A DNA stretch of 64,000 nucleotides from an uncultured Methanosarcinales archaeon (GCA_964354085.1 CAYGYA010000049.1:3887-67886), one strand, 5' to 3'; counted from the first letter of the stretch, positions 9,227 through 19,738 are shown. Program-made: numbers and translations. The notes: generated from the sequence alone by a model not told the origin.

Positions 9227-10630
9227 TCATTTCTTCTTAACCCTGACACCGTCAGCAGTATCTTCAAGAACAAAGCCTTTTGAGCTAATCTCATTCCTTA
9301 ACTTATCAGCAAGCTTGAAATCTTTTTTCTTCCTTGCTTCTTCTCTTTTGTCAACCAGCTCTTGAATCACTTTTGGAACTTCAATCTCTTCTTCTTTTAG
9401 CAAGTCCAAGCCAAACACCTTGTCAAACTTCTCAATCAGCTCAAGTTTTTCCTTGCTGCCAAGCTCAGAATCCTTAATCATGTCATTAAGAAGAGCAACT
9501 GCCTGAGGCATGTTCAAATCATCATTAATCCTTTTCAAGAATTCCTCATCATAATATTTTTTCTTAGCCTTCTTGTCAAGGCTCTTATTTTCTTTCTTAA
9601 GCATTGCAATCCTGTTCTTCAAAGTCTTATAAGCATTATTTGCTCCTTCAACAGCTTCCCAGCTAAAAGTAAGAGGCATTCGGTAATGGGCGCTAAAAGT
9701 AAAATACCTGAAAGCCAAAGGATTGATTCCTTTTTCTATCAGGTCAGCTACTCTTGTAAAGCTTCCCTTTGACTTTGACATCTTGCCCTCTGGGATTACC
9801 AGCCATTCTGCATGCAGCCAGTACTTCACCCAGGGCTTCTTGCCAGTTGCTGCTTCTGACTGGGCAATCTCATTAGTGTGATGAACCTGTATGTGCTCTT
9901 TTCCTCCGCAATGAATGTCAAACTGCTCTCCTAGGTATTTCATGCTCATTGCAGAACATTCAAGATGCCAGCCAGGAAATCCCTTGCCCCAGGGAGAATC
10001 CCATAGCATTATATGATTAGGCTGATTAGTAATCCAAAGAGCAAAATCACTAGAGTTTTTTCTTTCCTCATCTTTCTTGCCTCTTGCTCCTTCTTCCAAT
10101 TGCTCAAGCTTAAGCATTGCCATCTTTGCATAATCCTTGAATTTTGCAGTATCAAAGATTAACCCAACACTAGTATTGTAGGTGTAACCGTTCTTCTCAA
10201 TCTTCTTGACCAGCTCTATCATTTCAGGAACATGCTCAGTAGCCTTGCACCACACATCAGGCTGAAGAATATTTAACCTGATAAAATCATTCTTAAACTC
10301 GTCAAAATACATGTTAGCAAGCTTAACCATCGATTCCTTGGTCAAAGGCAAGCCTTCTCTTTTCAAAGCTTTCATGAGCTTGTCCTCACCTTCATCAGCA
10401 TCAGAAGTCAAATGGCCGACATCAGTGATATTAACCACATGCTTCACCTTGAAGCCATTCAATAGAAGAACTCTCTTAAGCACGTCCTCAAAAACATAAG
10501 TTCTCAGATTGCCAATATGCTGATACCAGTAAACAGTAGGGCCACAGCAATAAACACCCGTAAATCCAGGTTTGACAGGCTTGAACTCCTCTTTCTTCCT
10601 GCCCATAGTGTTAAAGAGCTTTAAACCCAT
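9227..10630 (-). CDS. cysS: Cysteinyl-tRNA synthetase
   Basis: CGPTVY, HIGN, PGWHLEC and KMSKS motifs. Confidence 0.97.
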   Translation of the reverse strand: MGLKLFNTMGRKKEEFKPVKPGFTGVYCCGPTVYWYQHIGNLRTYVFEDVLKRVLLLNGFKVKHVVNITDVGHLTSDADEGEDKLMKALKREGLPLTKESMVKLANMYFDEFKNDFIRLNILQPDVWCKATEHVPEMIELVKKIEKNGYTYNTSVGLIFDTAKFKDYAKMAMLKLEQLEEGARGKKDEERKNSSDFALWITNQPNHIMLWDSPWGKGFPGWHLECSAMSMKYLGEQFDIHCGGKEHIQVHHTNEIAQSEAATGKKPWVKYWLHAEWLVIPEGKMSKSKGSFTRVADLIEKGINPLAFRYFTFSAHYRMPLTFSWEAVEGANNAYKTLKNRIAMLKKENKSLDKKAKKKYYDEEFLKRINDDLNMPQAVALLNDMIKDSELGSKEKLELIEKFDKVFGLDLLKEEEIEVPKVIQELVDKREEARKKKDFKLADKLRNEISSKGFVLEDTADGVRVKKK

Positions 10631-10711
10631 AATACAGACTAATAATATATAGGCTTTTTTAAAGGTTGTCATAAAGAAACATTAATAAACCCTCTTATCA
10701 AGATTAGGCTT

Positions 10712-11347
10712 ATGAGCAATTATCAAAGCAATGTTATTGAAGTGAACATCCAGTATGATGCTAACAAGGCTCCTGATTACAAGGCAATCCAAGAGAAGAT
10801 TGATGAGCACTTGAAAAAGCACTTTAAAGGGCAGAAAATTGTTGTTCATCCTATTAGTGGAGAAGAGCATCCTGATAGGAACATTGAGGATGTTCTGAAG
10901 CATCTTCTTGAGCATGGGACTGAAAAAGTTGAAGAAAATATCAAAGAGCAGCCAGGTAAAGAGAACGCATATGATTTCTTGGGCAATTATCACGAGATTC
11001 ATGATAAGTCTGACATAATGAGCGCATATGCCAAGGATAATAAGATGAATGTCGACCTTATTGCTGTTTACGACTCTGAACATGTTGAGAAAATACCTTA
11101 TTCTGACAAATCTAAAGGAATCGGCGATGCTTATAAGTTCAAGCACCCTGACAAGAAGTCATCAGCGCTCAAGGCAGTGCTCAAAATAGTGCCTGAAAAA
11201 AAAGCTGATGAAAAAGAATCAGGAGCAGAGCAAAAGACAGCAATGAAGCCAAAAGAAGGAGCAAACCCAGAGCAAGGAGAACCAACACAAGAAGAGCTTG
11301 AGCAGCTTGCAGCAGAACTTGGCTTAGATTATCAGGGAGCTAACTAA
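10712..11347 (+). CDS. Hypothetical protein with acidic C-terminal tail
   Basis: 211-aa ORF with coding-like composition. Confidence 0.7.
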   Translation: MSNYQSNVIEVNIQYDANKAPDYKAIQEKIDEHLKKHFKGQKIVVHPISGEEHPDRNIEDVLKHLLEHGTEKVEENIKEQPGKENAYDFLGNYHEIHDKSDIMSAYAKDNKMNVDLIAVYDSEHVEKIPYSDKSKGIGDAYKFKHPDKKSSALKAVLKIVPEKKADEKESGAEQKTAMKPKEGANPEQGEPTQEELEQLAAELGLDYQGAN

Positions 11348-11409
11348 ACAAAATATTTTTCTTAGGTTTTAAGAATAATTATTTAAACTTATATAACAAG
11401 AATACATGA

Positions 11410-12600
11410 ATGCTCTTCAAAAAGGATGAACTGAGATTGCTGTGGCCTTTTTATCTTTATTACCTGGTTTTTGGCTTGTCAATCATGATTATGCCTTTCT
11501 TGATTATATATTTCAGGGATTTGGGCTTTTCTTTTTTTCAGATTGCATTAATCACTTCTGCCTTTGGAATTGCCATGTTCTTGTTTGAGACTCCTACAGG
11601 AGCTTTTGCCGACAGCATCAGCAGGAAATACTCAGTTATCCTTGGTTTTGTACTAACAGGCATAGCTGTTTCCTTAATGCCCTTATTCACAAGTTTCTAT
11701 ACGCTGCTTATTCTCTGGGCAGTAGCTGGCATTGGCATGACTTTTGTAAGCGGAGCAGAAGAAGCATGGGTCATTGACAACCTTAACCATTATGAAAGAA
11801 AAGATTTGCACCACGAGTATTTCATTAAAAGCTCAAGTTTAACGGCTTTTGGCGCAGTATTTGCTCCGATTCTAGGAGCTATTATTGTTAAGAGCCACCC
11901 GATTAGTACCTTATGGTATGTTTTCGGATTTGGCTTCTTAGTGAATGCAATCGTCCTTTCTATCTTTGCAAAAGAATTGTACAGGCCGGAAAAAACTGGC
12001 TTTATCAAAACAATGAAGCAGACCTTTGACAACAGCAAGCAAGGTTTAAAATTCACTTTTACTCATAAGATTGTTTTTCTCCTCACTCTCGGAAGTATTT
12101 TTTCATTCCTGATGATTATAGGAGACACCGGGTGGCAACCTTTCCTTGTCAGCCTCTCAATGCCAAGATACGCTTTAGGAATTATGTGGTCTATTGGAGC
12201 AGCTATTATGATGATTACTCCTTTCCTATCAAAGCTATTTGTAAAGATGAAAGTCAAGAATGTTGTTGCTGTTACAACCTTAATCAGGATGCTGCTTCTC
12301 TTATCAGTATTATTCATTTACCCGCCTTTTTATTTAATCGCGGCAATCGTCTATGTTTTTGACGATGGACTAAGAGGTTTAAAGGATCCTTTGCTCCAAA
12401 CCTATTTTCATAAGTTTGTTCCTGAGAATATCAGGGCAACAGTTGTTTCTGTCGGCAGCATGCTAACAAGAATCACCATTGCTTTGGCAAGCTTGGCTGC
12501 TGGGGCTCTAATGGATGTTCTAGGACCACAAAAAATTATCGGGATAGGAAGCTTGTTTGGGATATTCGCCATCGCAACATACCTGAAAATAAAAGATTAG
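11410..12600 (+). CDS. MFS transporter (12 TM, efflux-like)
   Basis: FETPTGAFADSISRK motif A variant; RATVVS in the C-terminal half. Confidence 0.92.
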   Translation: MLFKKDELRLLWPFYLYYLVFGLSIMIMPFLIIYFRDLGFSFFQIALITSAFGIAMFLFETPTGAFADSISRKYSVILGFVLTGIAVSLMPLFTSFYTLLILWAVAGIGMTFVSGAEEAWVIDNLNHYERKDLHHEYFIKSSSLTAFGAVFAPILGAIIVKSHPISTLWYVFGFGFLVNAIVLSIFAKELYRPEKTGFIKTMKQTFDNSKQGLKFTFTHKIVFLLTLGSIFSFLMIIGDTGWQPFLVSLSMPRYALGIMWSIGAAIMMITPFLSKLFVKMKVKNVVAVTTLIRMLLLLSVLFIYPPFYLIAAIVYVFDDGLRGLKDPLLQTYFHKFVPENIRATVVSVGSMLTRITIALASLAAGALMDVLGPQKIIGIGSLFGIFAIATYLKIKD

Positions 12601-12897
12601 CAAAAAAATTTCTGACAAGAAAATGCAAAACTTTTCTAACAACAACTAAAACCTTTAATCAGTTTTGCAAGAAAAATTTTCAATAATGATTTCTCGTATA
12701 TCTTTTCAATAGTGCAAATAACTTTTCAGAAAAGTTTTATAAAAAAAATATTTTTTCGAAAAATTTCAAAATGAAAATATTTAAATATAGGGCTTCACAT
12801 AATAATTATATAAAAAATATAATAGTCGAGAAAAAAAAAATCAAAAAAACTGCTGGAAATCTGGGTGATCGTGTAGACAACTACTACAACGGCAAAC

Positions 12898-13008
12898 ATG
12901 AACAATACTTCTAATATTTCTGATGAAAATGATGAAGAGCCTGGCGGCAAACTAGGAGCTTTTACGAGATTTTTCTATTCACAAGCACGAAGGAGGTTTG
13001 ATTTGTAA
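12898..13008 (+). CDS. 36-aa leader/precursor-like peptide MNNTSNISDENDEEPGGKLGAFTRFFYSQARRRFDL
   Basis: Open frame ending 1 nt before the aminomutase ATG; below the ORF-track cutoff; translation unproven. Confidence 0.45.
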   Translation: MNNTSNISDENDEEPGGKLGAFTRFFYSQARRRFDL

Positions 13009-13009
13009 A

Positions 13010-15106
13010 ATGAACTTAAAAGAATTCTCTGAGAAATTCCCTGATGTCATAGATGAAGTAAAAAAAGTTAGGAAAACTTATCCTATGAAAATTTCTGAAT
13101 ACTATTTAGGGCTTATGAAGGAGAAGAATGACCCTATCTGGAAGCAGTGCATTCCTGACTTGAAAGAGCTTGAAGATAATGTTAATGAGGAAGACCCGTT
13201 ATTAGAGGAAGAGTACAGTCCTGTTCCTTGCCTTGTTCACAGGTATCCTGACAGAGTCCTATTATTGGCTAGCAACAAGTGCGCCATGTACTGCAGGTTC
13301 TGCACAAGAAAGAGAAAGGTTGGCAAGGAAGTAGTGATAAGCAAGGACATGATTGCTAATGCTATTGATTACATTTCAAAGCACAATGAAGTCAGGGATG
13401 TAATAATCTCAGGGGGAGACCCTTTAATGCTTGATGATGATTTCCTGGAATGGATTGTCAAGAGCATCAGGGAGATTCCTCATGTTGAGATTATCAGGAT
13501 TGGAACCAGGGTTCCCTGCACCATGCCAGCAAGGATTACTCCAGAGCTGGTTGATATGCTCAAGAAGTATCATCCTGTTTTTGTTAATGTTCATTTCGAG
13601 CACCCGATGGAGATTACTCCTGAAAGCAAGAAGGCTTGTGAGTTGTTGGTAGATGCAGGCATTCCAGTGGCAAACCAGGCAGTAATGCTCAAAGGAATTA
13701 ATGATGACCCAAAAGTTTTGAGGGAATTATTCCACAAACTCATAGCAATGAGAGTTAAGCCTTATTACTTGTACCAGGCAGACTGCGTCAAGGGAACAGA
13801 GCACTTCAGGACCAGCATTGAACAGGGGCTTGAAGTCATGAAGAGCCTTTATGGTTTTACTTCTGGCATGTGCGTTCCGCAGTTCATGGTTGATGTTCCT
13901 GGAGGAGGAAAGATTCCTCTGCTGCCAGAATACCTGAAGTACAGGAATGATGAAAGCATTGTGCTTGAGAATTTTGAAGGAAAGATTGTTGAGTACAAGA
14001 ACCCATTGACTGTTGAGGAAAAAAAGAAAGCAGCCAATGGAAAGATGAGGATTGCAGTTGCTTTCAACCTCAAGAAAGAAGCTCCTAATGATCAGCCGGT
14101 TGATGCTTTTGCAGATTTCGACGAGATAGATGTGCCATTAGCCATCAAGAAAGCCCTGGAAAAGAAAGGGCATATTGCAGAAATAGTTGAGGCTAATGAG
14201 GAGTTCTTTGAAAAGATAAAGAATGGCAATTATGATTTTGTGTTTAACATGGCAGAAGGATTGAACACAGGAGCAAGAGAGAGCCAGATACCAGCTATTC
14301 TTGACATGCTAGGAATTCCTTACACAGGCTCTGGAATCCTGACCCAGGCAATCACTCTTGACAAGACCAAAACCAAAGAAATATTGACCTATCACGGAGT
14401 TCCTACTCCAAGATACCAGCTTTTCAATCACTGGGATGAGAAGATAAGTTCTGACCTGGTGTTCCCATTGTTTGTCAAGCCAAATGCAGAAGGCTCTTCA
14501 AAGGGAATAAGGAATAATTCTCTTGTTAATAATGAGAAAGAGCTTAAGAAGATGGTGAAGTATGTCATCTCAACCTACAAGCAGCCCGCACTGGCTGAAG
14601 AATACCTTGATGGAAGAGAATTCACAGTTGGAGTGATTGGAAACAGCCCTCCAAGAGTGCTTCCTATTGTTGAGATAACTTTCGACTACCTGCCTGCTGG
14701 GATTAACAAATTTGATTCTTATGAGGTCAAGTGGTATTGGGACAACCCAAACAACCCTGTTGACCCTATTGTGTGCCCTGCAAAAGTTGATGATGAACTC
14801 AAGCAAAGGATTGAGGAAGTAGCCTTGAGAACTTACAAGGTGCTCGGCATTCTTGACTTGTGTAGGATGGACATGAGGCTGGACAAGGAAGGGATACCGC
14901 ACGTCATTGATGTTAATGCCTTGCCAGGCATGATGCCTAACCCAATTGATAACTCAAGATTCCCAAAAGCCTGCTATGCTGCAGGCATGAACTATGACAA
15001 GATAGTCAATACTGTGCTAAACGAGGCTATGAAGAGGTATGGCTTGCTGACAGAGACTAAGAGAGTGAAAAATGAGAGTAGGAATTCTGTACAACTTAGT
15101 CGATAA
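13010..15106 (+). CDS. KamA-family radical SAM aminomutase fused to a Ddl-like ATP-grasp domain
   Basis: LVHRYPDR, CAMYCRFC, SGGDPL, RIGTR, YYLYQAD, VDVPGGGK; then GIPYTGS, VKPNAEGSSKGI, EEYLDGREFTV and DVNALPG. Confidence 0.93.
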   Translation: MNLKEFSEKFPDVIDEVKKVRKTYPMKISEYYLGLMKEKNDPIWKQCIPDLKELEDNVNEEDPLLEEEYSPVPCLVHRYPDRVLLLASNKCAMYCRFCTRKRKVGKEVVISKDMIANAIDYISKHNEVRDVIISGGDPLMLDDDFLEWIVKSIREIPHVEIIRIGTRVPCTMPARITPELVDMLKKYHPVFVNVHFEHPMEITPESKKACELLVDAGIPVANQAVMLKGINDDPKVLRELFHKLIAMRVKPYYLYQADCVKGTEHFRTSIEQGLEVMKSLYGFTSGMCVPQFMVDVPGGGKIPLLPEYLKYRNDESIVLENFEGKIVEYKNPLTVEEKKKAANGKMRIAVAFNLKKEAPNDQPVDAFADFDEIDVPLAIKKALEKKGHIAEIVEANEEFFEKIKNGNYDFVFNMAEGLNTGARESQIPAILDMLGIPYTGSGILTQAITLDKTKTKEILTYHGVPTPRYQLFNHWDEKISSDLVFPLFVKPNAEGSSKGIRNNSLVNNEKELKKMVKYVISTYKQPALAEEYLDGREFTVGVIGNSPPRVLPIVEITFDYLPAGINKFDSYEVKWYWDNPNNPVDPIVCPAKVDDELKQRIEEVALRTYKVLGILDLCRMDMRLDKEGIPHVIDVNALPGMMPNPIDNSRFPKACYAAGMNYDKIVNTVLNEAMKRYGLLTETKRVKNESRNSVQLSR

Positions 15107-16067
15107 AGTTGATCACGGCAAGGACCTTGACAAACTGGCAGACAACGAAGTTCTAGAAACATCTAAAGCTGTCAAAGCTGCTCTTGAAAAGAGAAGTCAT
15201 GCTGCTGTCCTTGAAAAGATTAACCCTGATGAATTGGAAAAATTAAAGCAAAAGTATGACCTGATTTTTAATCTTGCAGAAGGGATTGGAGGCGACCCAT
15301 TAAAGGAGCCTGAGATTGCTGCTGTTTTTGAAAAAGCAGGCTTGCCTTTCACAGGAGCAGGCTCAAAAGCACTTGCACTATGCCTTAACAAGGAAAAAGC
15401 CAAGGAAGTACTGATAAAAAATAATATACCAACGCCAAAATACCAGCTTATCAAGAAGCTGCCTGCAAAAAAAAATAAGGATTTGAAATACCCCTTGATT
15501 ATAAAGCCAGTGCATGAAGACGGAAGTATTGGCATAAACTCTGATTCTGTTGTTAATGATGATCCAAGCTTTGAAAAGAAAGTCAATGAGATACTTGAGG
15601 TTTACAAGCAGCCAGCCCTGGTTGAAGAATATATTGATGGGCGAGAAATTAACGTGGGGATTCTTGGCAATGGTAAGGGCATAGAAGCTCTTCCTCTCTC
15701 AGAGATAATATTTGATTTTCCAGAAGGAGTTCCTAAAATTGTTTCTTTTGAAGCCAAATGGATTGAAGAGTCAGCTCTGTGCAAGAAAAGCATAGGAAAA
15801 TGCCCTACAAATGTTCCAGAGCAAATAAGGAATAATATAGTTGAGCTTGCAAAAAAAGCATTCCTGGCAATGGGATGTGCAGACTATGGGCGAGTTGATT
15901 TCAGGCTCAGGGGAGAAGAATTGTTTGTCCTCGAAGTCAATCCAAATCCTTGCATCAACCCCGACGGAGCAGGGTTTATACGCTCTGCAAATGCAGCAGG
16001 CTACACCTATGATGACATCATCAACAAGATTGTTGAGCTTGCACTGAAGCGTTATTCTAATTCTTAG
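15072..16067 (+). CDS. Ddl-like ATP-grasp ligase
   Basis: FNLAEG, PFTGA, IKPVHEDGSIGI, EEYIDGRE, RVDFR and LEVNPNP motifs. Confidence 0.92.
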   Translation: MRVGILYNLVDKVDHGKDLDKLADNEVLETSKAVKAALEKRSHAAVLEKINPDELEKLKQKYDLIFNLAEGIGGDPLKEPEIAAVFEKAGLPFTGAGSKALALCLNKEKAKEVLIKNNIPTPKYQLIKKLPAKKNKDLKYPLIIKPVHEDGSIGINSDSVVNDDPSFEKKVNEILEVYKQPALVEEYIDGREINVGILGNGKGIEALPLSEIIFDFPEGVPKIVSFEAKWIEESALCKKSIGKCPTNVPEQIRNNIVELAKKAFLAMGCADYGRVDFRLRGEELFVLEVNPNPCINPDGAGFIRSANAAGYTYDDIINKIVELALKRYSNS

Positions 16068-16229
16068 AAAAAATTTAGAATAAAATTCTGAATAATAAAA
16101 ATAATTTGAAAACATTTTTAAAGCTCTAAAATAAATTATTATATGTAAAAAAATATTACGACGAGAAAAATATTTGATAAAAAAATTATAAAAAACAAAA
16201 AACGGATAATTTTTTGGGGAAAATTCATT

Positions 16230-17255
16230 ATGAAAGTAGTTATTGTTTATTCAGACGGGGAAGTTGCATCGCATACATCTGCTGATTACAAGGGAAGAAC
16301 TGATGACGCTAACATACAGAACGTGAACGACGCTCTGATTAGCCTAGGCCACGAAGTAATCAGGGTGGTTGCTGACGAGACAATATTCCAGAAATTACTT
16401 GAGCTAAAGGACAGCACAGACATAGTCTTTAACCTTGCAGAGGAAGGATATAAGCAGGACATCCACACAGAGCCTCACATGGCTGCGCTGCTGGAGATGC
16501 TGGGCTTCAAGTTCACAGGCTCAAATTATTTATGCCTTGCAAACTGCCTTGACAAGGCAAGGGCAAAACAATTGTTTGTGGTGAATGGATTATCAACACC
16601 CAAGTTCATTATCTTCAACAAGGAAATAAATGCGGATGTAAAAATAAATGGATTAACCTTCCCGTTGATAGTCAAGCCTGGAAAGAGCGACGGCAGCGTA
16701 GGCATAAGGCGTAATTCTGTTGTTGAAGATGTAGAAAGCCTGGTATTAAGAGTGAATGAGGTTATCCAGACCTATGAACAACCAGCACTTGTGGAAGAAT
16801 TCATTGACGGCAGGGAGATAAATGTGGGAATATTCGGAAACAAAAGGCTCACAGTGCTTCCGATGTCTGAAATAATATTCAATCTTAAACCTGAAGAAAG
16901 AAATTTCCTGCCTTACGAGGCTAAATGGCTTACCAGGACCAAGTATTACAAAGGCACAACTCCGCAATGCCCAGCAGAAATAGAGCCTGGCCTGAAAGCA
17001 GAGATTGAAGAGCTTGCAAGAAAAGCTTACACTCTCATGGGAGTGAGAGGCTATGGAAGAGTTGATTTCAGGATTGACGCTAACAATAAGCCTTACATCC
17101 TAGAAGTAAATCCTAATCCTGATATATCTAGTGACGCAGGGCTTTCAAGGATGATAGCTGCCCACGGGATTACATATAAAGAACTAATAGAGAAGATTGT
17201 CAGGATGGGCATCAACAAGGACGAGCAGGAGTTCAGGATAATTATCTATGAATAA
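16230..17255 (+). CDS. Ddl-like ATP-grasp ligase (third paralog)
   Basis: FNLAEE, KFTGS, VKPGKSDGSVGI, EEFIDGRE and LEVNPNP motifs. Confidence 0.92.
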   Translation: MKVVIVYSDGEVASHTSADYKGRTDDANIQNVNDALISLGHEVIRVVADETIFQKLLELKDSTDIVFNLAEEGYKQDIHTEPHMAALLEMLGFKFTGSNYLCLANCLDKARAKQLFVVNGLSTPKFIIFNKEINADVKINGLTFPLIVKPGKSDGSVGIRRNSVVEDVESLVLRVNEVIQTYEQPALVEEFIDGREINVGIFGNKRLTVLPMSEIIFNLKPEERNFLPYEAKWLTRTKYYKGTTPQCPAEIEPGLKAEIEELARKAYTLMGVRGYGRVDFRIDANNKPYILEVNPNPDISSDAGLSRMIAAHGITYKELIEKIVRMGINKDEQEFRIIIYE

Positions 17256-17311
17256 AATGCTTATTTTCTAATTCACAAATCTTTATATATTACTTGTTGC
17301 TCTAATTGGTA

Positions 17312-18937
17312 ATGCCTGTTAGAAAGAATCATTCCAACAAAAAATTTATTGTTGTCACAGGCGGTGTTCTCTCTGGCTTGGGAAAAGGAGTTGCTGCAGC
17401 TACAATTGGAAACCTGATAACAAAGGCAGGATTAAGAGTTATTCCTATTAAGTGCGACGGCTATCTTAATGTTGACCCCGGCACTATGAATCCTATTGAG
17501 CATGGCGAAGTATTTGTTCTTGATGATGGCGGAGAAGTTGACATGGACTTTGGCCATTATGAAAGATTTCTTGGCGTTACCTGCAAATTCAACTGGAATC
17601 TTACCATGGGCAAGGTTTATGAAGCAATAAGAACTAAGGAGAGGCGCGGTGATTATCTTGGAAAAACAGTCCAGCTCATACCCCATGTTACTGATTTGAT
17701 TAAGGATTGGTTCTACAAGGTTGCTGAGGATGAAAAAGCAGATGTTGTGATGATAGAAGTAGGAGGAACTGTCGGCGATATTGAGAATGAATTATATATT
17801 GAGGCTTGCAGAGAATTAAAAAGAGAAGTTGGCCATGAGAATATTCTTTATGTTCACCTGACTTATGTTCCTATTCCTACTAATGTGCATGAGCAAAAGA
17901 GCAAGCCAACTCAGCAATCAGTAATCCTGCTAAGAGAAAGAGGGATTGAGCCTGACATAATAATAGGCAGGTGCGCAGAATACCTTGATGAGAAGATAAA
18001 GAACAAGATAAGTGTTTTCTGCGATATAGAGCAAAAAGCAGTAATCACAGGCCTGGATGTTGACTGCGTCTACAAGATACCAGTTGTTTTCTCAGATGAA
18101 GGGATTAATTACATAATAAAGGAAAGATTGGGAATTGATTCTGGAGTCAAGCCCGAATGGAAGAAATTAGTTGATAACTTGTCAAAGCTTGACAAAGAAT
18201 TGAATATTGCAATATGTGGCAAGTATACTAAGCTCGAGGACTCATATGCTAGCATTCTCGAAGCCTTGAAGCACTGCAGCGCAAATCTGAAAGCAAAGAT
18301 TAATGTGAAAATGATAGAGACAACTGACGTGAACAATCAGGAAGATGCAAAAAAATTACTCAAGGGTATTGACGGAGTAATTGTTCCTGGAGGCTTTGGA
18401 AGCAGAGGAGTAGAAGGCAAGATAGAAGTGATACGTTATTGCAGAGAGAAAAACATTCCATTCCTAGGGCTTTGCTATGGACTCCAGCTTGCAACAGTTG
18501 AGTTTGCTCGTAATGTTTGCGGATTAAAAGATGCAAACACAACTGAAGTTGATGAGAAAACCAAATATCCTGTGATTGACATAATGCCTGAGCAGAAGAA
18601 CATAGAGAACAAGGGCGGGACAATGAGACTTGGAGCTTATCCTGCTGTCATGAAAGAAAAAACAATTATCTGGGAGCTCTATGGCAAGCAAAAAGAAGTT
18701 AGTGAAAGGCACAGGCACAGGTATGAAGTAAATCCTGAATACCACGAGATACTGCAAAAGCATGGATTAATATTCTCAGGCATGAGCCCTGACAAAAGAT
18801 TAGTTGAATTCATTGAATTGCCAAAGGAAAAGCACAAATACTTTGTAGGAACACAAGCACATCCAGAGCTAAAGAGCAAATTAGAAAAGCCAGGGCCACT
18901 ATTCTATGGACTGGTTAAGGCTTGCTTGGAGAAATAG
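17312..18937 (+). CDS. pyrG: CTP synthase
   Basis: GGVLSGLGKG, GLCYG, RHRHRYE and HPE motifs. Confidence 0.97.
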   Translation: MPVRKNHSNKKFIVVTGGVLSGLGKGVAAATIGNLITKAGLRVIPIKCDGYLNVDPGTMNPIEHGEVFVLDDGGEVDMDFGHYERFLGVTCKFNWNLTMGKVYEAIRTKERRGDYLGKTVQLIPHVTDLIKDWFYKVAEDEKADVVMIEVGGTVGDIENELYIEACRELKREVGHENILYVHLTYVPIPTNVHEQKSKPTQQSVILLRERGIEPDIIIGRCAEYLDEKIKNKISVFCDIEQKAVITGLDVDCVYKIPVVFSDEGINYIIKERLGIDSGVKPEWKKLVDNLSKLDKELNIAICGKYTKLEDSYASILEALKHCSANLKAKINVKMIETTDVNNQEDAKKLLKGIDGVIVPGGFGSRGVEGKIEVIRYCREKNIPFLGLCYGLQLATVEFARNVCGLKDANTTEVDEKTKYPVIDIMPEQKNIENKGGTMRLGAYPAVMKEKTIIWELYGKQKEVSERHRHRYEVNPEYHEILQKHGLIFSGMSPDKRLVEFIELPKEKHKYFVGTQAHPELKSKLEKPGPLFYGLVKACLEK

Positions 18938-19084
18938 AGTTTTCTTGAAATTACATCCTTCTAGTCCAATTGTTCTTATTTGCTAATCAAAAACCCACTC
19001 GTAATTAAACATAACCGGTAAAGCATTTAAATATGATAAAGTATTTAAATTTTGCTTTAAAGGATAGTCTTGAGGAGGGTGTGA

Positions 19085-19738
19085 TTGAAAAACATAAATA
19101 TTGAAAATCAAAGGAGTGGAGAATCTCGAGCATATGCTTCTCTAGAAGGGGATGTTAGGAACCTTATTAAAGCATTCATGAAGTCAGATGACAAAAGTTT
19201 AGTAATCCCTTACACTGGAAAAAGGCTTTCTGCAATAAATGAGTGGAAGAGAATGAGGTTCAACCCAAAGCTTTTTTTTAACTGTATTGTTACCGAGATG
19301 CTTAAAAAATTGCCTCCTTCTAACTTCAAGAATTCATGTTACAGGCTGCTAGGGTTTAAGATAGGTCGTGACGTAGCAATATGCAATGACGTTCATATTG
19401 ATCCTTTTTTCCCGGAACTGACAATTATCGGCGATGGTGTCCTTTTGGGATACAAATCCACAATTAATGTTCATGACTATGTTATGAGAGATCTGAAAGT
19501 CGGGAGGGTTGTAATCAATAGCGGCTCTCTAATAGGAGGCAGGTCGCTGGTGAACTGCGGGGTGACTATAGGCAAGAACTGCGTTGTGGCAATCAACAGC
19601 GTTGTTGATCATGACATACCTGATAATACTGTAGTGGGAGGAAATCCCTTGAAAAAGCTTATAACTCTTCAGGAAGGAGAGATTTTCCGTTTCAAAAAGG
19701 CATACATCGGTAAAGATGGGCTTGAGCACGAGTATTGA
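19085..19738 (+). CDS. Left-handed beta-helix (hexapeptide) acyltransferase
   Basis: Hexapeptide repeats (KIGRDV, IIGDGV, TIGKNC) and VVGGNP. Confidence 0.85.
   Translation: MKNINIENQRSGESRAYASLEGDVRNLIKAFMKSDDKSLVIPYTGKRLSAINEWKRMRFNPKLFFNCIVTEMLKKLPPSNFKNSCYRLLGFKIGRDVAICNDVHIDPFFPELTIIGDGVLLGYKSTINVHDYVMRDLKVGRVVINSGSLIGGRSLVNCGVTIGKNCVVAINSVVDHDIPDNTVVGGNPLKKLITLQEGEIFRFKKAYIGKDGLEHEY

Noticed and set aside
12601..12860. AT-rich tract as a replication origin
   Set aside because: No ORB-like repeats with G-strings and no cdc6/orc1 nearby
12864..12897. GTG-TAG in frame upstream of the leader peptide as amber readthrough
   Set aside because: GGTGA is only 2 nt from the GTG, and TAG is a normal stop elsewhere; no support
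13010..14030. EpmB-type EF-P beta-lysylation pathway
   Set aside because: No EpmA or EF-P seen; the window encodes aIF5A and deoxyhypusine synthase instead
13010..17255. True D-Ala-D-Ala ligases, peptidoglycan synthesis or bacterial contamination
   Set aside because: Ddl substrate motifs are absent, there are no mur genes, and flanking genes and TATA-type promoters are archaeal
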